Source: Amphiscolops sp. MND2022 (Eukaryota). From it: a DNA stretch of 64,000 nt. The stretch spans positions 59,646,001 to 59,710,000 of the forward strand of contig OZ076409.1 in the NCBI GenBank assembly GCA_964187785.1, given 5' to 3'. Positions 23,533 to 36,236 of the stretch are shown piece after piece (the stretch's first letter is position 1; each line of letters opens with the position of its first letter). Both the position numbers and the translations under genes were made by a program. Under the pieces are notes generated by a model. That model saw only the letters and a program-made list of their open reading frames with translations. It ran no database searches and had not been told where the DNA came from.

Positions 23533-26500
23533 TGTTGATGTGCAAGATAATTGAAGAAGTGCCGGTGTGGTAGAGTTAAACTATTGCATAAACAATATTC
23601 AACAGTCGTCAGGTTGGGTAACTTACACAAAGTACATGCTAAGTAGAAGCGTGAGAAAATGACACTTTCAAAAAGAAACACATTAAAATACAGTCACGCC
23701 AATTCACTTGTTATTGCGAATTCTGGTTCTTTATACACGTCATAGCACAACGAAAACAATTCTGCTTCAGAGATGCTAAAGACCCAAGGGTTCCAGCCTT
23801 GTTGGGACAGTGAACACCTCAGCAAAGAAGGTAGTAAGTCTGCTTTTTTCCCATCGGAAAAACAGGCAGGAAAACGCTGACGGATACCATCCAGGATACG
23901 AACATCTTTGTAAAAGAGTTATTCGAGATTCTGGGGAGGTTCAGAACGTGCTTCGAAGTAAGAAGAAAAAGGACGATAGACAGACATTCTTTCCTTTCGA
24001 GAGAATAACAGCTTCCTGAAACACGCCACCAGTTTAGGAACATACTGAAAGTTCTTGCTGCACAATGTCACTTCAAACAGAAGGTTTGGTTTAAGATATT
24101 TTCACTTTAACGCTTGCATTGAGCCGAAAGAGGATCCTGCAGAGACACTCCATTATGCCATAGCGTTCGAAGTCGGTTTGAGAAGACAAAAAACTACTGG
24201 ACAGCCGAGCAATTTCATGAAAGTGAAAGAAAACCCGTTGTTGCAGTGCCAAGCCAGTTCAACAAAAGAGAGTGTTGGAGATGCGGAGTTGTAAACTTTA
24301 CGTCAGCGCGTTTGAAAGTGTGCAAAGAACCTAAAACAAATTGTAAATACTGCATTGAGAATTGTTGTAATTCAAAGCAAAAAGACAAGCTGAAAAAAGT
24401 TGCCATTCCAAGAAAATTCGATCAACGAGACCAAAGGGCCAGAAGGGTCCAACAAAAATACTACTACAAAGACAAGAATCTGAAAATGACGAAATGATGT
24501 TAATTGTGGAAGCTGAATGTGCACAGAAAACAGAACTTTCTTACATCGAAGGATGGTTAAATGGGTTTCGCTTTAAAACAATGATGGGTACTGGCTCAAC
24601 TATAACAATTTTGGCTATTGATGAGATGAAGAAGATGAAATCTTCAAGTCAGGAGAATGATAGCGGAGGAGAAACGAGAAATATGGTAAACTTCTCAATC
24701 CCATGGGACATGTGTTCTGTCAACTATAACTGGGAGACAAGCTTATGCAGAAAGCGCAGCTTCTAGTTACAAAAGAAGGCATGAAGTCCAAAGGGAGCGG
24801 TTGACAACTCTAAGGTTCGAGATGATTCAAGATCCAGTGGGTGAGTCAGACAATAATGTTTTTGAGGAAGAATCCGAAAAATTAAGTGTAACAGCAAAAG
24901 CACTTGTAAATGATTTTCCGCATTTGTGTTCAAAAAAAGAGAAGTGAAGGATTAAAAGATAAATTTCAAAATGAAAGCAGATGCTCTCATAACAGAGCAA
25001 AAGGGAAAAGAACACCAATTCAAATGCAACGAGTTGCTGACGCAGAAAAAAACTATTGAAAGACGGCCACAGCGAGAAAAATGATGAGACTAAAGACGAT
25101 GGTTTGAGCCAACCGTAATTACAGTAAGAAACGATGGTGTGTAAACATTGCAATGGACGGAAGAGCGTTGAGTGAGGCAAATGACAAAATAAATACCAAA
25201 TGACAAACCAAAATGTTTTGATAGAATTGACAGCTGAAGGCTAGGTGATAGGCTAGGTGAGGCAAAAAGGGAAAATTGGTATTCATCATTTGATCTAACA
25301 TATGTATATGGTCAAGTCCCTTTATACGCATTAACGGCAACAGCTTGCACTTCTCAAGTTTTCGTCGGAGAATCAACAGGAACGCTCCGTTTATGATCTG
25401 ATGTTGATACCAACAGAAATTCACAAGGTTATGGATAACCTGTTAGTTAGATTTAGAGGAGTCTTTGTTTTTATTTAGAATGTTTCAATGGTAACAAATG
25501 AACGAAGCTTCAACATTAAGCAAACAGCGGGAAGTGCTTAGTGCGTTTAACTCAACGAATTTGTTATTTAGAGCAGAGGAATGAAAAGATGCAACAAACC
25601 AACATGAACTACTTGGCTTCAAACTGAAGAATTCACGAGTGTTGCAATTTTATGATGAAGTACAAGGTATTACAGAAAGGGTGTGGCCGACAAATTTGAA
25701 AGTGTTGAGATGGTACTCAGGTGCATTAAATCAACTGAACAAACTCATTCCGTGATTCGGCTGCAGATTGTTTTCCATTCAAATAGATCCTAAATGAAGA
25801 TGAGTACGGAATTGATCACCAGAACACGAAAAAGCGTTTGAAACAATGAACACACAACTGAAAAATGTTATTGCGTTGACACACTATAAACAAAATCGTC
25901 CTTTGAGAATAATTTGCGACGCAAGTAAACAAGGGCTTCGGCGGTGCTACGACAAGAAGATTAGAATAATTGGAAGCCAACTGCGTACGCATCTGAATTT
26001 CCCACGGTTTTTGAAGCAAGTCATTCAATAAATGATTTGGGAATATTTACGAAAATGCGGTTGGTAGAACAATTTAAAACATAGGTTATGGAATTGAATT
26101 TGAAGTAGTATCGGACCATGAAGCTTCGAAACGCAATCGACAAAACATTCTTTAGCTGTTTAAAATCATGGGTGGCTAGACTACTTCCATACGACTTCAC
26201 TGTAGTACAAATTCCGGGCAAATCGCTAGGAGTGGCGCATTATCTATCAAGACATCCATTCTCATATAGTGGTCCTCTCATACAGTGTCCAGTTTGGAGG
26301 CGGCAAGACAATACCGACGGTCAAGGCAAATCAGAGTGTTTTAAACGAGTCAAAGGCAAACATTACGTCATTGGTTTCAATTTCAAGAGATAGCTGACTG
26401 TATGTTCAAATGCAATGCAGAAAGACAGGCATTCGCAAGAAAGGAATGAAATAGTACAAAATCCTGCCACAGCTCAAATCGCCCGACTCTCCCCTCCTTG

Positions 26501-28453
26501 AAGGGAAAAACTCAGTTCCTTCAGTTTAGATTCCAATAGTTTACTCTATCTTGATAAAAGAAAGATCCGCTAATCCAAAGGAATTGCATGAAAACAAGTT
26601 TATCGCTCTCAATTTGGGCATGCTGGTAAAGATTCCATGCTGAAAGAGCTGGCGGCTGTCTGGTGGCCCAGAATCCTCCGGGAGGTTATCAAAAAAGCAA
26701 AACAACTGTCCAGAATGTATCCAAGCACGTGAGGATTTAAAGCGTTTAAAAAACCAAAATGATTTTGGAAAATTACTTAGCGCAGAAAAACTAAATGAAG
26801 AATTTTCACTAGATTTGACAGGTCCGTTCCAAAACACACCTCAAGGAAAAAAGTACTTGTTGGTTTCTGTTGGGAAAAAATCAGTATAGCCGGAGGCGTT
26901 ATTTTCAACCAGTCCCACTATTGAGAAGGTTATATAGTTTGTGGCGGAATACATGGCACAGGACGAAATTCTTCAAAGGAGAACAACGAACCAAGGAACT
27001 GCGTTCAAAAGCAAGATTTTTAAATAATTCCGTAGCGATAATCATATGAAACATGAGAAATGCCAGATAAGAGATCAAAGAGGAAATCGGCAAGTCGGAC
27101 GACTTATTAGAACAATACTTGAAAAACGTCGCACGGACTATGGGGTGGTCTTAAAAAGAAAGAAAAATTTCGTTCAGGGATTTTGTTTCCGCAAGGACTG
27201 ATATCTTATCATAGAGGATATAGCTCGCAAACGGAAAAACCCACAAAGCCTTGCTGGCGGAAAACTGGCCAAACTAGTGAAAACGCCAGAAGCAAGAGAA
27301 AAGACAGGTGGAGCAAAAATGACAAAACTGAAGAAAAACTCTTGATACTTGAATCGACAATAAGTGAGGAACTAGCAGAAATGCGGGACAAGAAGCTGTG
27401 CAAGAGAGAACAAGACGGGAACGTCTAAAGTCGGCGACATAACTAAGGCCAAAAAAGTCCAAAATTTTTAATATTGTAAAAAGGGCACCCTTTGGGCTTT
27501 CTGAAAATCCAATTTGTTGGAAAATATCAGATAAAATGAAGGTGGGGGTCTTCGGAGGCATCAAATATGTTTCGAAAAAACCGATAATGGGAAGTTTGCA
27601 ACTGTCTCATAGTGCGGAAAAACTTGAAAGGGGACCCTTTTGAGACAAAAAAAATCGAAAAAAAAGTTGCACAGTCCCGAAAAAAATTCAAAGGAGGACC
27701 ATACACTCTCGTGCGGTTTTGTACCTTCCGTCAAAAATGTAGTAAATGAAACCGGAGACCCTTTGGACAAACTTCGATGCGTTTCCGATAGCCGGTTCAA
27801 AAGTTTAGTAGTTCTGTAAAAAGTGTCCACTACGCATACTTTCTGTTGTCTGACGAAAAAAAACTAGGTACTGTAATAGTCGGAATTTTTTCCTTCAAAG
27901 GAAAAAGCGCCGACTAAAAGTGGGAAGCAGCGTTCAAAAAACCTAATCAAAGACGGAACAAGGAACAAAGTTCGAGGATGGAGAGGTCACAGAAGACTCT
28001 AAGTCCGAGTCGGAGACAATTGCTTATGATCAATCTGGAGAAGAGACCACAGAAAGTGTACCCAATCAGGGAGAAGTGAAATGAAAAGGCCCGAAAGTGC
28101 AATCCGATCAGGACGGGTAGTGAAGAAATCAACGTGGCTAGGTCAGAATGTGATGATAAACAAAGTGGTGAATAGAGAAAAAGTGGAAGAAGTTCAAAAA
28201 AAGCGACAAACTTTTCAATCTTGACAACTTGTTATATTATGACATTAAAGTGTTCTGTAGCTAATTGGAGATTTTATGTTGTTGTAATTAGCTGAATCAG
28301 TGTTCTTGTATCATTGAGTGACATTTCTGCATAATACCTTTTCGTTCGTATTAAAAAAAGGGACTGTGATAGTGTGGTAAAACAGCGGAAAGAAGTTATG
28401 ATTCAAAATTATAGCAGAAGGAACATTATTCAACAGTTTTCAGAATATGAAAT
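23533..28453 (+). mobile_element. Old, heavily degraded Gypsy C; its 3' LTR is split by element B
   Basis: Zn knuckle ECWRCG..C..C, protease-like FKTMMGTGS, RNase H IICDASKQGL, integrase traces (WWPRI..CPEC, DLTGPF); PPT AAAAAAAGGGA at 28353; 3' LTR starts at 28365 and resembles 23533-23750. Confidence 0.8.
27409..27919 (-). mobile_element. HINE-like repeat copy inserted in Gypsy C
   Basis: AACAAGACGGGAACGTCTAAAGTCGGCG ... GCGCCGACTAAAA. Confidence 0.75.
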
Positions 28454-30803
28454 TGTTACGACTATTGTTCGGTGTTGTTTTAGAGATAGTCGCAGTGTAT
28501 GTTTTCACGGGTGTGGACGTTCTCGCTACGGAGATGTTTCTGGATCAGAGTCAGAATCTTGGACATTCAAACAAACAGGCTGTTTTTTATTCAAAGGGGC
28601 TATTAATTTTATCATTTCCTTTTGGTTCTCAGCGAGTATTCTTGTCAAATCTGACATGATTTCTTTTCTCAGAGACGCTTTCATTTCTTCTAGATTCTCA
28701 GGTTCTACCCTAGGGACTTTACTAGGCCCAGCTATAAGATTCTCAGACGGAGTGTTTTTGGCTATAGAAGCTTCAAAGTCTCCAGAAACTAGCTCAGCTA
28801 CAGCTCTCCTTTTTCAATTAGAATAGTAGGGTCTTCGGCAAGAGGTGAATTCTTTGAAGAAGTTTTTTGTTTAACGTTGAAACAACGGAACAGTTTAAGT
28901 TTATTACAACTCGCAAAGTTAACTCACTGAATTTACATGTTTTGTCTAAATATATATACATTCCTAGCATCATTTGTTCCTCACCTAAAAATTTCTAGGT
29001 ATCCTAAAAATCAAGTTTGTTCATTAAAAAGTGCTTATGATTCAAATCCTGTTTGCTCTTCAGAATTGCGGCAAAATAAGAGTCTAGTTAACATTTTCAT
29101 CAGCGTAGGCACGCCGGCGTGATCAATTAGTCAATTTCCAACATAGGAAGTTGAGTTTCGAGGCAAAACAACGACTAGCAAAAATTGTGATGGAGTTGAA
29201 ACAGAGTAAAGAAAACCCGAGAAAATGAATATTTAGATGATGACGAGGATCAAACGATGCTAGAAGAATAATGATGGTTGGCTAATAATTACACAGATTC
29301 AATAGATACATTCACATCAAACTAAAATTTGGCCTACATGTGGCTTCATCAGAAAAGAGGATGAAAATACAAAACTCGAGGTCCAAATGAGTAAAACAAA
29401 CTGTAGTAGGCAAATAATTCAACACAACAAAAATTATTGTCAACGGAAAGTATCCGTAGTCCCAGCACACTTCCAGATGAACAGAACATTGGTATTATTG
29501 CATAATTGGAATTGACTGCATAACAAAATTAGGATTTCAAATGCACACTTTCCATTACTAAGATGCTTGTTTGAGCAATGATTTAGCGGCAATGGAAGGA
29601 TAGCAACGTGAGACTTCGATAACCTTACTTTGCAACTTCGATGTCAATTCTAAATCATAGTTCATGTGTGTGAAGTAATGTTCGATTGTAGCCATTCTGA
29701 AGAAGGTTGTTCGCAACGTAAGGTGGACGTAACTTCAATACCTTTTACCGAAGATACGCTTTAAGGTAGCACTTTATCATAAAAGACATTTTCATGTTCT
29801 TCCTTACAGTACAGCGCTTTCCTATAAAGAAATTATCTCTTAATCTCTTAAATGCGTCAATTCAAAAGGAACTTCGTTTGGAATTCGTTTGCACCGATAC
29901 TTCATAATTGCGGTTTTACATTCCCTCCGTAGATTCTCCGTACGTATTAAGATTAGTTACAGCTGAGCGGCGGAATACAATTTTACTATCCGCTCCGTAG
30001 ATGCTCCGTACGTACTAAGATTGGTTATAGCTGAGCGGCGGAATACAATTTTACAATCCGCTCCGTAGATGCTCCGTACGTAATAAGATTAGTTATAGCT
30101 GAGCGGCAGTAGCTGGCGGGGAGAAAGTGGAGAGCGCAGGCGAATTCATTCTCTTTCTCTCAGCTAATTGGCCTTGCTGGCAACCGAGTTTAATTCTATC
30201 AGCTTGAGCTCAGATAATTCAGTTAAGAAGCGACGCTATTGGTCCGTAAAAATAGAAACACCCATTACTAGCTGAACTAAGTGACGCTGTCATAACGTTG
30301 TAAACACTTGCTTAAGATCACTTGATTGAGGTTTTAAGTGGATATTGAAAACCACTTTTGATACTGGAAAAACAATTCCACTGTATTTTGTATGTTCTTT
30401 CAGTTTAGATCTTATGAACTCCGTTGGGATCTCGGAGTTGAATATTATCTTTGATGTTTTAGTTTTACTGTGGAGCAAAGAAGAAAATGATCCCATTTAG
30501 AAAACGTTTCTGTTTTAATATTTAGATTAGCATGGAAAAATCAGAAGATGTAACAGGAAATAAGAAAAAGTGTTGCGCTCGAAAAAATTTGACCGGAAGT
30601 TTTAGTTAGTACAAAATCATTTCTGAAATTATTCCGTGACACTTACGTCGTATTTTGCAACTGGAAAATTATCTACGATTAACCTAGCTGTACTGTAAGT
30701 AGAAACAAGTTGAAGTTCTAATGACACTTGCAGTATCCTCGGCCGCGTCCTCTTCCCATTGCGAAACACCAGTCGCAACCACGACCGGGGGCGTGTCGTG
30801 ACA
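28454..30803 (-). repeat. 3' LTR of Gypsy B (2350 bp)
   Basis: Direct repeat of 50753-53226 with two deletions (near 28814 and 29048). Confidence 0.97.
29925..30108. repeat. 68-bp tandem repeat (~2.7 copies) inside the LTR; also at 52352-52535
   Basis: CTCCGTAGAT.CTCCGTACG at 29925, 29993 and 30061. Confidence 0.9.
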
Positions 30804-32127
30804 GGGCCCTCTCGTCGCTAGGAACGCAGGCAGCCCATGGCAATGAGGGAGCTCTTTTTTAATTTGTACTGGGGGTGCAGCTGGAGTAGTTTCTGATTTG
30901 GTGAGGGCCACCTCCACGGCCAACGGACTTGTAAATGTCCTTCTCTTCTTTCTTTAGCTCTAGTGTTAGCCTTGCGAAATACTCGTCCGCGTCCGGTGTG
31001 CACAAATCGTTCATGTAGTCCTTTGCTGACTTTTTCCTTTCTTGTGCTGCAGGGGGTTCATTTAGATCATTGAGACGTTCACCCACGTTTTTCCTTTCTG
31101 GTTCAGCCAGGGGAGCGTTTGCTTCTCGCGATGACTTTAGGGGGGACACTTTCGGGGGAGAGTCCGTTTCTTCGTAATATTCATCCGAGTCAGAGTCAAG
31201 ATTAACTCTCTGACTTTTGTTAGCAAGAGGCAGCTTAAACGTTACCCTTCTGGATTTCTTTTGCTGGGGGGTTAATTTGGCAATTTTTGGAGAGCATTCC
31301 GGCTCAAAGGAGGAGTTTAATTGTGCCTCACTGTCGCGGTATACTTCTATTGATGAATCGCTGATATTTATCGTTCCGACCACGTTTAACGGCAGTGTTT
31401 TTATGGGAGTGCTATGACGTTGGTTCTCTTCATCCGAGGAGATGTCAATGACGAGTGAGTATCCGATCTTTTTATCAAGTTGGCGAGGATTTTGAAGAAG
31501 TTTATTTGTAGATATAATTTTCAAACTTTGTCAATATAGACTGTTTTCTACAAAATTGGACGGCAAGTGAGCGTTTCAGTTTCTTTTCCTTCGTAATTTT
31601 CATCGAAATCTCATTGTGCCATTTTTCCGCTTTCGTTTCGGTCCGTCCTGGACTTTTAAGGTGACGAACTTCTATTTTCGCTATGATTGATCAACAAATT
31701 ATTATAAAATAGGAAAGTTTCGTCTTAATTCCGTTTCTCAGTGTCGTTGTGACATCATCAATTTCTTACGGAACGTAATTTCTAAAATGGCTTTTAAAGA
31801 GGCTTTCTTCAGAGCTTCTTGATGAATTTCTATTCACCAGTAGGGTTTTTGGAAACGTTTTGTTTCCGTCAACGCCGTAATAGGCTTTCCAGTGAAGTTG
31901 TAGATTATGTATCTTTTCTGATTACGTAGGGGTGACTTCAATGTAATATTATGTGACCCCGGATTCCGGTACAGCGACTGCGGAATCCACTGCTGTCTAA
32001 TATTATAATATATGCCTCTGAATTCCACCAAAAATTCAAGGTGAAGAGATTTGTCCCCGGAATCCAGAAAAAATTGCAAGCGGAATCCGCTGCACATGTT
32101 ATAAAGTGTGTCTTTGAAATCCGTCAT
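30684..32127 (-). pseudogene. Accessory sense ORF ('ORF3') of Gypsy B, running into the 3' LTR
   Basis: Pieces 31834-32127, 30859-31524 (221 aa, S/P/acidic, KKSRRVTFK) and 30684-30923, which crosses the LTR edge at 30803; no TM or signal peptide visible. Confidence 0.6.
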
Positions 32128-32287
32128 TTTAAACAGCGGATTCCAGGTCTGATAGGTGCTACCTGCGGTTAGCAGTCAATTCCGCAGTTTTCAAAAAGTG
32201 TAAGGATATGCGTCGTAATGTATGTTAATTTCTTTTGGGTGGCTACGTTCACAACGTAACATCTTCTTTCTTCATTTTTTCCTTTAG

Positions 32288-35200
32288 ATTGTCTTGACGA
32301 ATTCTGCTGTAACTCTCCCTGTCATGGAGGAAGATTCTGATCTCCCTCCTCTTACTCCTGCTCCCAAGATTGGGTTCACCAGTGGCAATGAGACAAACTA
32401 TTGCTATACTGACGTTTTCCATTCGGAGGTGGAGGTCACAGTTACTTCCTCAGGTTGGTAAAATCTTTCTGACTTTCATGGGCAGTTGGAATATTGTTTT
32501 GGTGATCAGCCCATTTAGTCTCACCGGATTATCTGACTCCTCTGAAAGACAGATCTTGATTTTCAGTAACTCAACCTGGCACTTTTTTGACTATTGTTCC
32601 CGTTACTTTGGCGGATGAGACTTTTGTCGTCAACACGGGATTGTCGCCATTGGAATCTTCTACAGTTACTCTTTCTTGTGCCTCTAACCCTGTGGTTTCA
32701 CCTGTTTGCACTGTTACTTGTGCGCAATCGACTTTGGTTCCCGTGAGTTCTGTGGTTGGGTCCACTGTTTCCCCTGACATTGGAGCCTCATGTCCTGTTC
32801 TCCCTGAGCGGTCCGGGATGCCTTCGTCTGGTTTTACGTTGGATTTGGAGCCTCATGTAGGTGAGGCTGATCCCCCTCGAGTGATGCTGAAGGAGGTGAC
32901 GAGGACGAAAGTCGGCCGCGAGGTAAGGGTATTACCGTTTTGTGGTGAACAGGGTTTGCATTGCATTATGTTGTCCGCTCCTTTAGTAGTGTTCTTTGTA
33001 GGTTCAACTATGTTTCCATTCCGGAAGGAGGGTTTACCTTGGACCGCGTGTTATCGGTTTCAACGAGCTTGCGGATAAAGTGGAGAGTCGGTTGGAACGT
33101 CCGAAAAAGAAGTATAGCAGTCGTAATCTGTTTCATCGTCGGATGATATCTCTAAATCCGGTCTTTGGAGATTTTGTGACGGGCTCACAGCGTTTTTCTT
33201 CTATCGAGTTTGCAAGCGTGATGTAAAGATGGGCTCTCATGGTTCATCGGAATTTGTCCGTCATTTCGAGTCCAAGAAGCATTGGGAACAGGATGTGGTA
33301 TATCGTTTACAAATGGGGTTGCCGATATACAACAAATTAATGGAGCCAATGACCCTGTCTAGCCGTCAAGAGGACGAGTTTCGTTCCCGACCTTTCCTTG
33401 ATTTGGGCCCAGAGTTCCCTTTTCCCGAAGATTTGTTGCCAAAACATTCAAGGGTTGATTCGAAAGTGTCTTTCATGACACTTGTTCCCTGCTTCTGTGA
33501 CTGGCTGCGTAGTGGCGGCGATTTCTCTTTTGTGAAGCGACTGTGGGGGCTTTTCTTGGCTACGTTGGGCGAACGTGAGCCCGAGTTTACTCTAAAGTGG
33601 AGCCGCTCCGAAACTGCAGTGAGTATGATGTTTCCGAATTGTATTTGCTGGGGTTATTGTGTTGCCGCTACTGATTTCGAAAAACTCCAGGTAGTGGGTT
33701 TTGGATGTATTCAATATTATATCTTGTTTGGATCTGTGTTTTTCATAGTCGTTCCTGTGTCAAGGCGTTGCTCCGCGAGTGTTGCGTGCCGTTCTGAATG
33801 GGGCATCTGCTTTTGGCGATTATTCTGTGCAGTATAGAGTGTCTCGTTGGTGGCCGAGAGAGACACGGAGGAGGAACGTTGCTTCATTGTCTTTTGGGAA
33901 GAAGAACAACTCAAGAAGATTTGCATTGGTAGCGAGCCGTTGGAGCAACCTAGGCCCTGTGCCGAAATCACTCCCTTGTCCCGTTCCGTGTGTTGTTTCG
34001 ACAGTGAGAAACTTCCTGTGTTGATAGTTCGGGTCAGACCGTCCTTGCTGCGCGTGTTGAGTGTTAGTCGTGTTGACGGGAAGCGATTTGTGGTTTGTCA
34101 ATCATTCACAAGCAAAATCCTGCTTCAGTGTGTACGTCAATCATATCAGGACGTTTTTGGGATGGTCGAAATAACAACTATTGTAGAATATACGTTGCAT
34201 CGTTTAAAGAGTGCTCTCTACGAAGAATGGACGGAAGGGAAAGTGGCGCTCCGCAAATGTGTCCGGCAAGGTTTCGTTAACTTCTGTGATCTGCGCGCAG
34301 TTCTGACAGACTTGAAAGATCTTTGGCCTTCTATTCGACCCTACCTTCGCTGTACTGGGAAGCCCGAAGCGAAGGAATCTTCTGACAGAGTTAGTTATTG
34401 TGTTTCCAGAGTGTTGTTTTCTTAGGAATTCCGATGCTAGTATCGCGTGAGGTTGTCGTCCTGTTCATTTTGTAGTCATTATTTTTGCTGTTTTTCTAGA
34501 TGCAAGGTACAGATTGGTTGCTGGTGGCCGACAAGCTGATAGTCTATCGATTCAGACTATTTCGTTTCGTTCTCAATACATGTGAGTTTGTTTTTGGTTC
34601 CTTGTTTTCTCTTCATTGTATCTGACAGGCTGTGTTTTGTAATTTGACTGTGTTGACTCTGATTGTTTGTCGCCATTAGGAATCAACTATATTAGTATCT
34701 GTAATTATTCCGTCTTGTTTTAGACAATATCAACTTTGAGAAACTGGAGCAAGGACGAAGTGACTACGCGTTCCATGCGTACGGCGAGGTTTGCAACTTC
34801 ATTTACTGCCTGCTGTTGAAGACGCATGTGTCGAAACATCTTCCTGGCATAGTCGAATGGGAAGAGTATATGGATGCTTCTGTAGTCAGTATTTTCTCCA
34901 GTGTCCCCAATAACGAGTTTCTTATGAATTATGATTTCGGGAAGTTGTCAGAAGGGAAGACAAGTGATTTTGTGACGTTTCGTCTTCGGTGTCGCGAGTT
35001 TATTGACCGCCTGATTGTGATGTTGTTGAAAACTACCAGTGCGACGTCGGCTATTAGTAAAGGCTTGTACAGCTTTTTTCCAGAAATGATGCTGGAGGGT
35101 GACGACACTACCGCCTTTGCGTTATTTGCTGGTTTGTGTAAAGAGCTGGTCACTTGTGGTGTTATTGCCTCTGATGTATCCAGGGCTGCTGTGAAAGAGT

Positions 35201-36046
35201 ATACCAGCTATATAGTGGAAAGGCGGAAGAATCATTCGAGTTCTGGGCAATCTGCGAGTGGCATTATGGATGTGCTGCAGCATCTGTTGTTGGATTTTGG
35301 CTTTCAAGCTCGGCATCGTGTTCTCCGTGTATTTAAGCTTCGAGGTTTATTTGTGGGGATGCCTGCTGTCAAATATCCTGTTGTTACTTTTGACCTTAGT
35401 GGTAGTGCATTGGAGTCTCGTTCTTTCCAGGACTGTTTACATCTTGTTCAATCGTACGTTATGTGTGCGGGGTATTAGCCTCAGGGTCTTTTCAGTGATC
35501 AGACTGTGAGTGCTGTTCGACGAGCAGTATCTGATTCTGGTGTCTTCTTCGTGACTGCTGGGTTTAATTTGTGGACTAATTTCTAATTTTTGCCGTACTG
35601 ATTGTGATGCTTTCATTACACGGTATGTGACCCTGTACGACACGTTTTTGGATGAACGCCGCAAGGCTTTTGATGCTGAATATAGTTCTTGCAATTTTGT
35701 CAATCGTTTGCCTCGCGTTTATACTGAAAGCAGAGTCTCCAGTCACCCGTCACGTTCTGAATGTGGTAGTGATGTTGGAAGTTCGACGAGTTCAGTGGGT
35801 ACAGTGTTCCAAAAAAAGAGTGTGAGTGGATTGGGTTCCTCCGCAGTAACCGCGGTCAAGTCAAGTAGTGGCAGTGTCAAGTCGCCTGTTAAGAGTGCGT
35901 GCTGTTCTTCTAAAAGTGGTTCGGAAAAACCCGTTTCCGGCAGCAAATTGAATGCCCCTGTTTTGCCAAAGAAGAGTCAAGGCCGTCAAAAAAAGGTGGT
36001 TGATCCTCCTGTTGTCCATAAGTTGAAAAAACCATCCAACATTTGA
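32288..36046 (+). pseudogene. Antisense multi-exon accessory gene of Gypsy B (BED-like Zn finger plus degenerate hAT-transposase-like body)
   Basis: Exons ~32288-33618, 33749-34389, 34500-34581 and 34724-36046 with phase-compatible GT-AG introns; finger (Y/C)RVCKRDVKMGSHGSSEFVRHFESKKH; S/K-rich tail. Confidence 0.85.
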
Positions 36047-36236
36047 TGTATAACTGATGTTTGTTTTGAACTGAGATTTCGAATGCTGTATTTGTTCGTA
36101 TTTGGTATGTCTTAGTATGATGTTTACAGTTGATTTTGAGGCAGTTTATTTGTTCATAGTATTTTTATAGTTAAGAAAATTCTATGAAAATTAACGTAGT
36201 CATTCCAGTTCGGTTTGATATACTGATTCTTTTCAG

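Noticed and set aside
29925..30108. Regularly spaced repeats resembling a CRISPR array (also 44897-45090 and 45242-45320)
   Set aside because: The intervening sequence is itself repeated, there are no unique spacers or cas genes, and the context is a eukaryotic LTR element
30859..31524. ORF3 as an env gene
   Set aside because: No signal peptide, furin-plus-fusion-peptide arrangement, Cys pattern or TM anchor is visible
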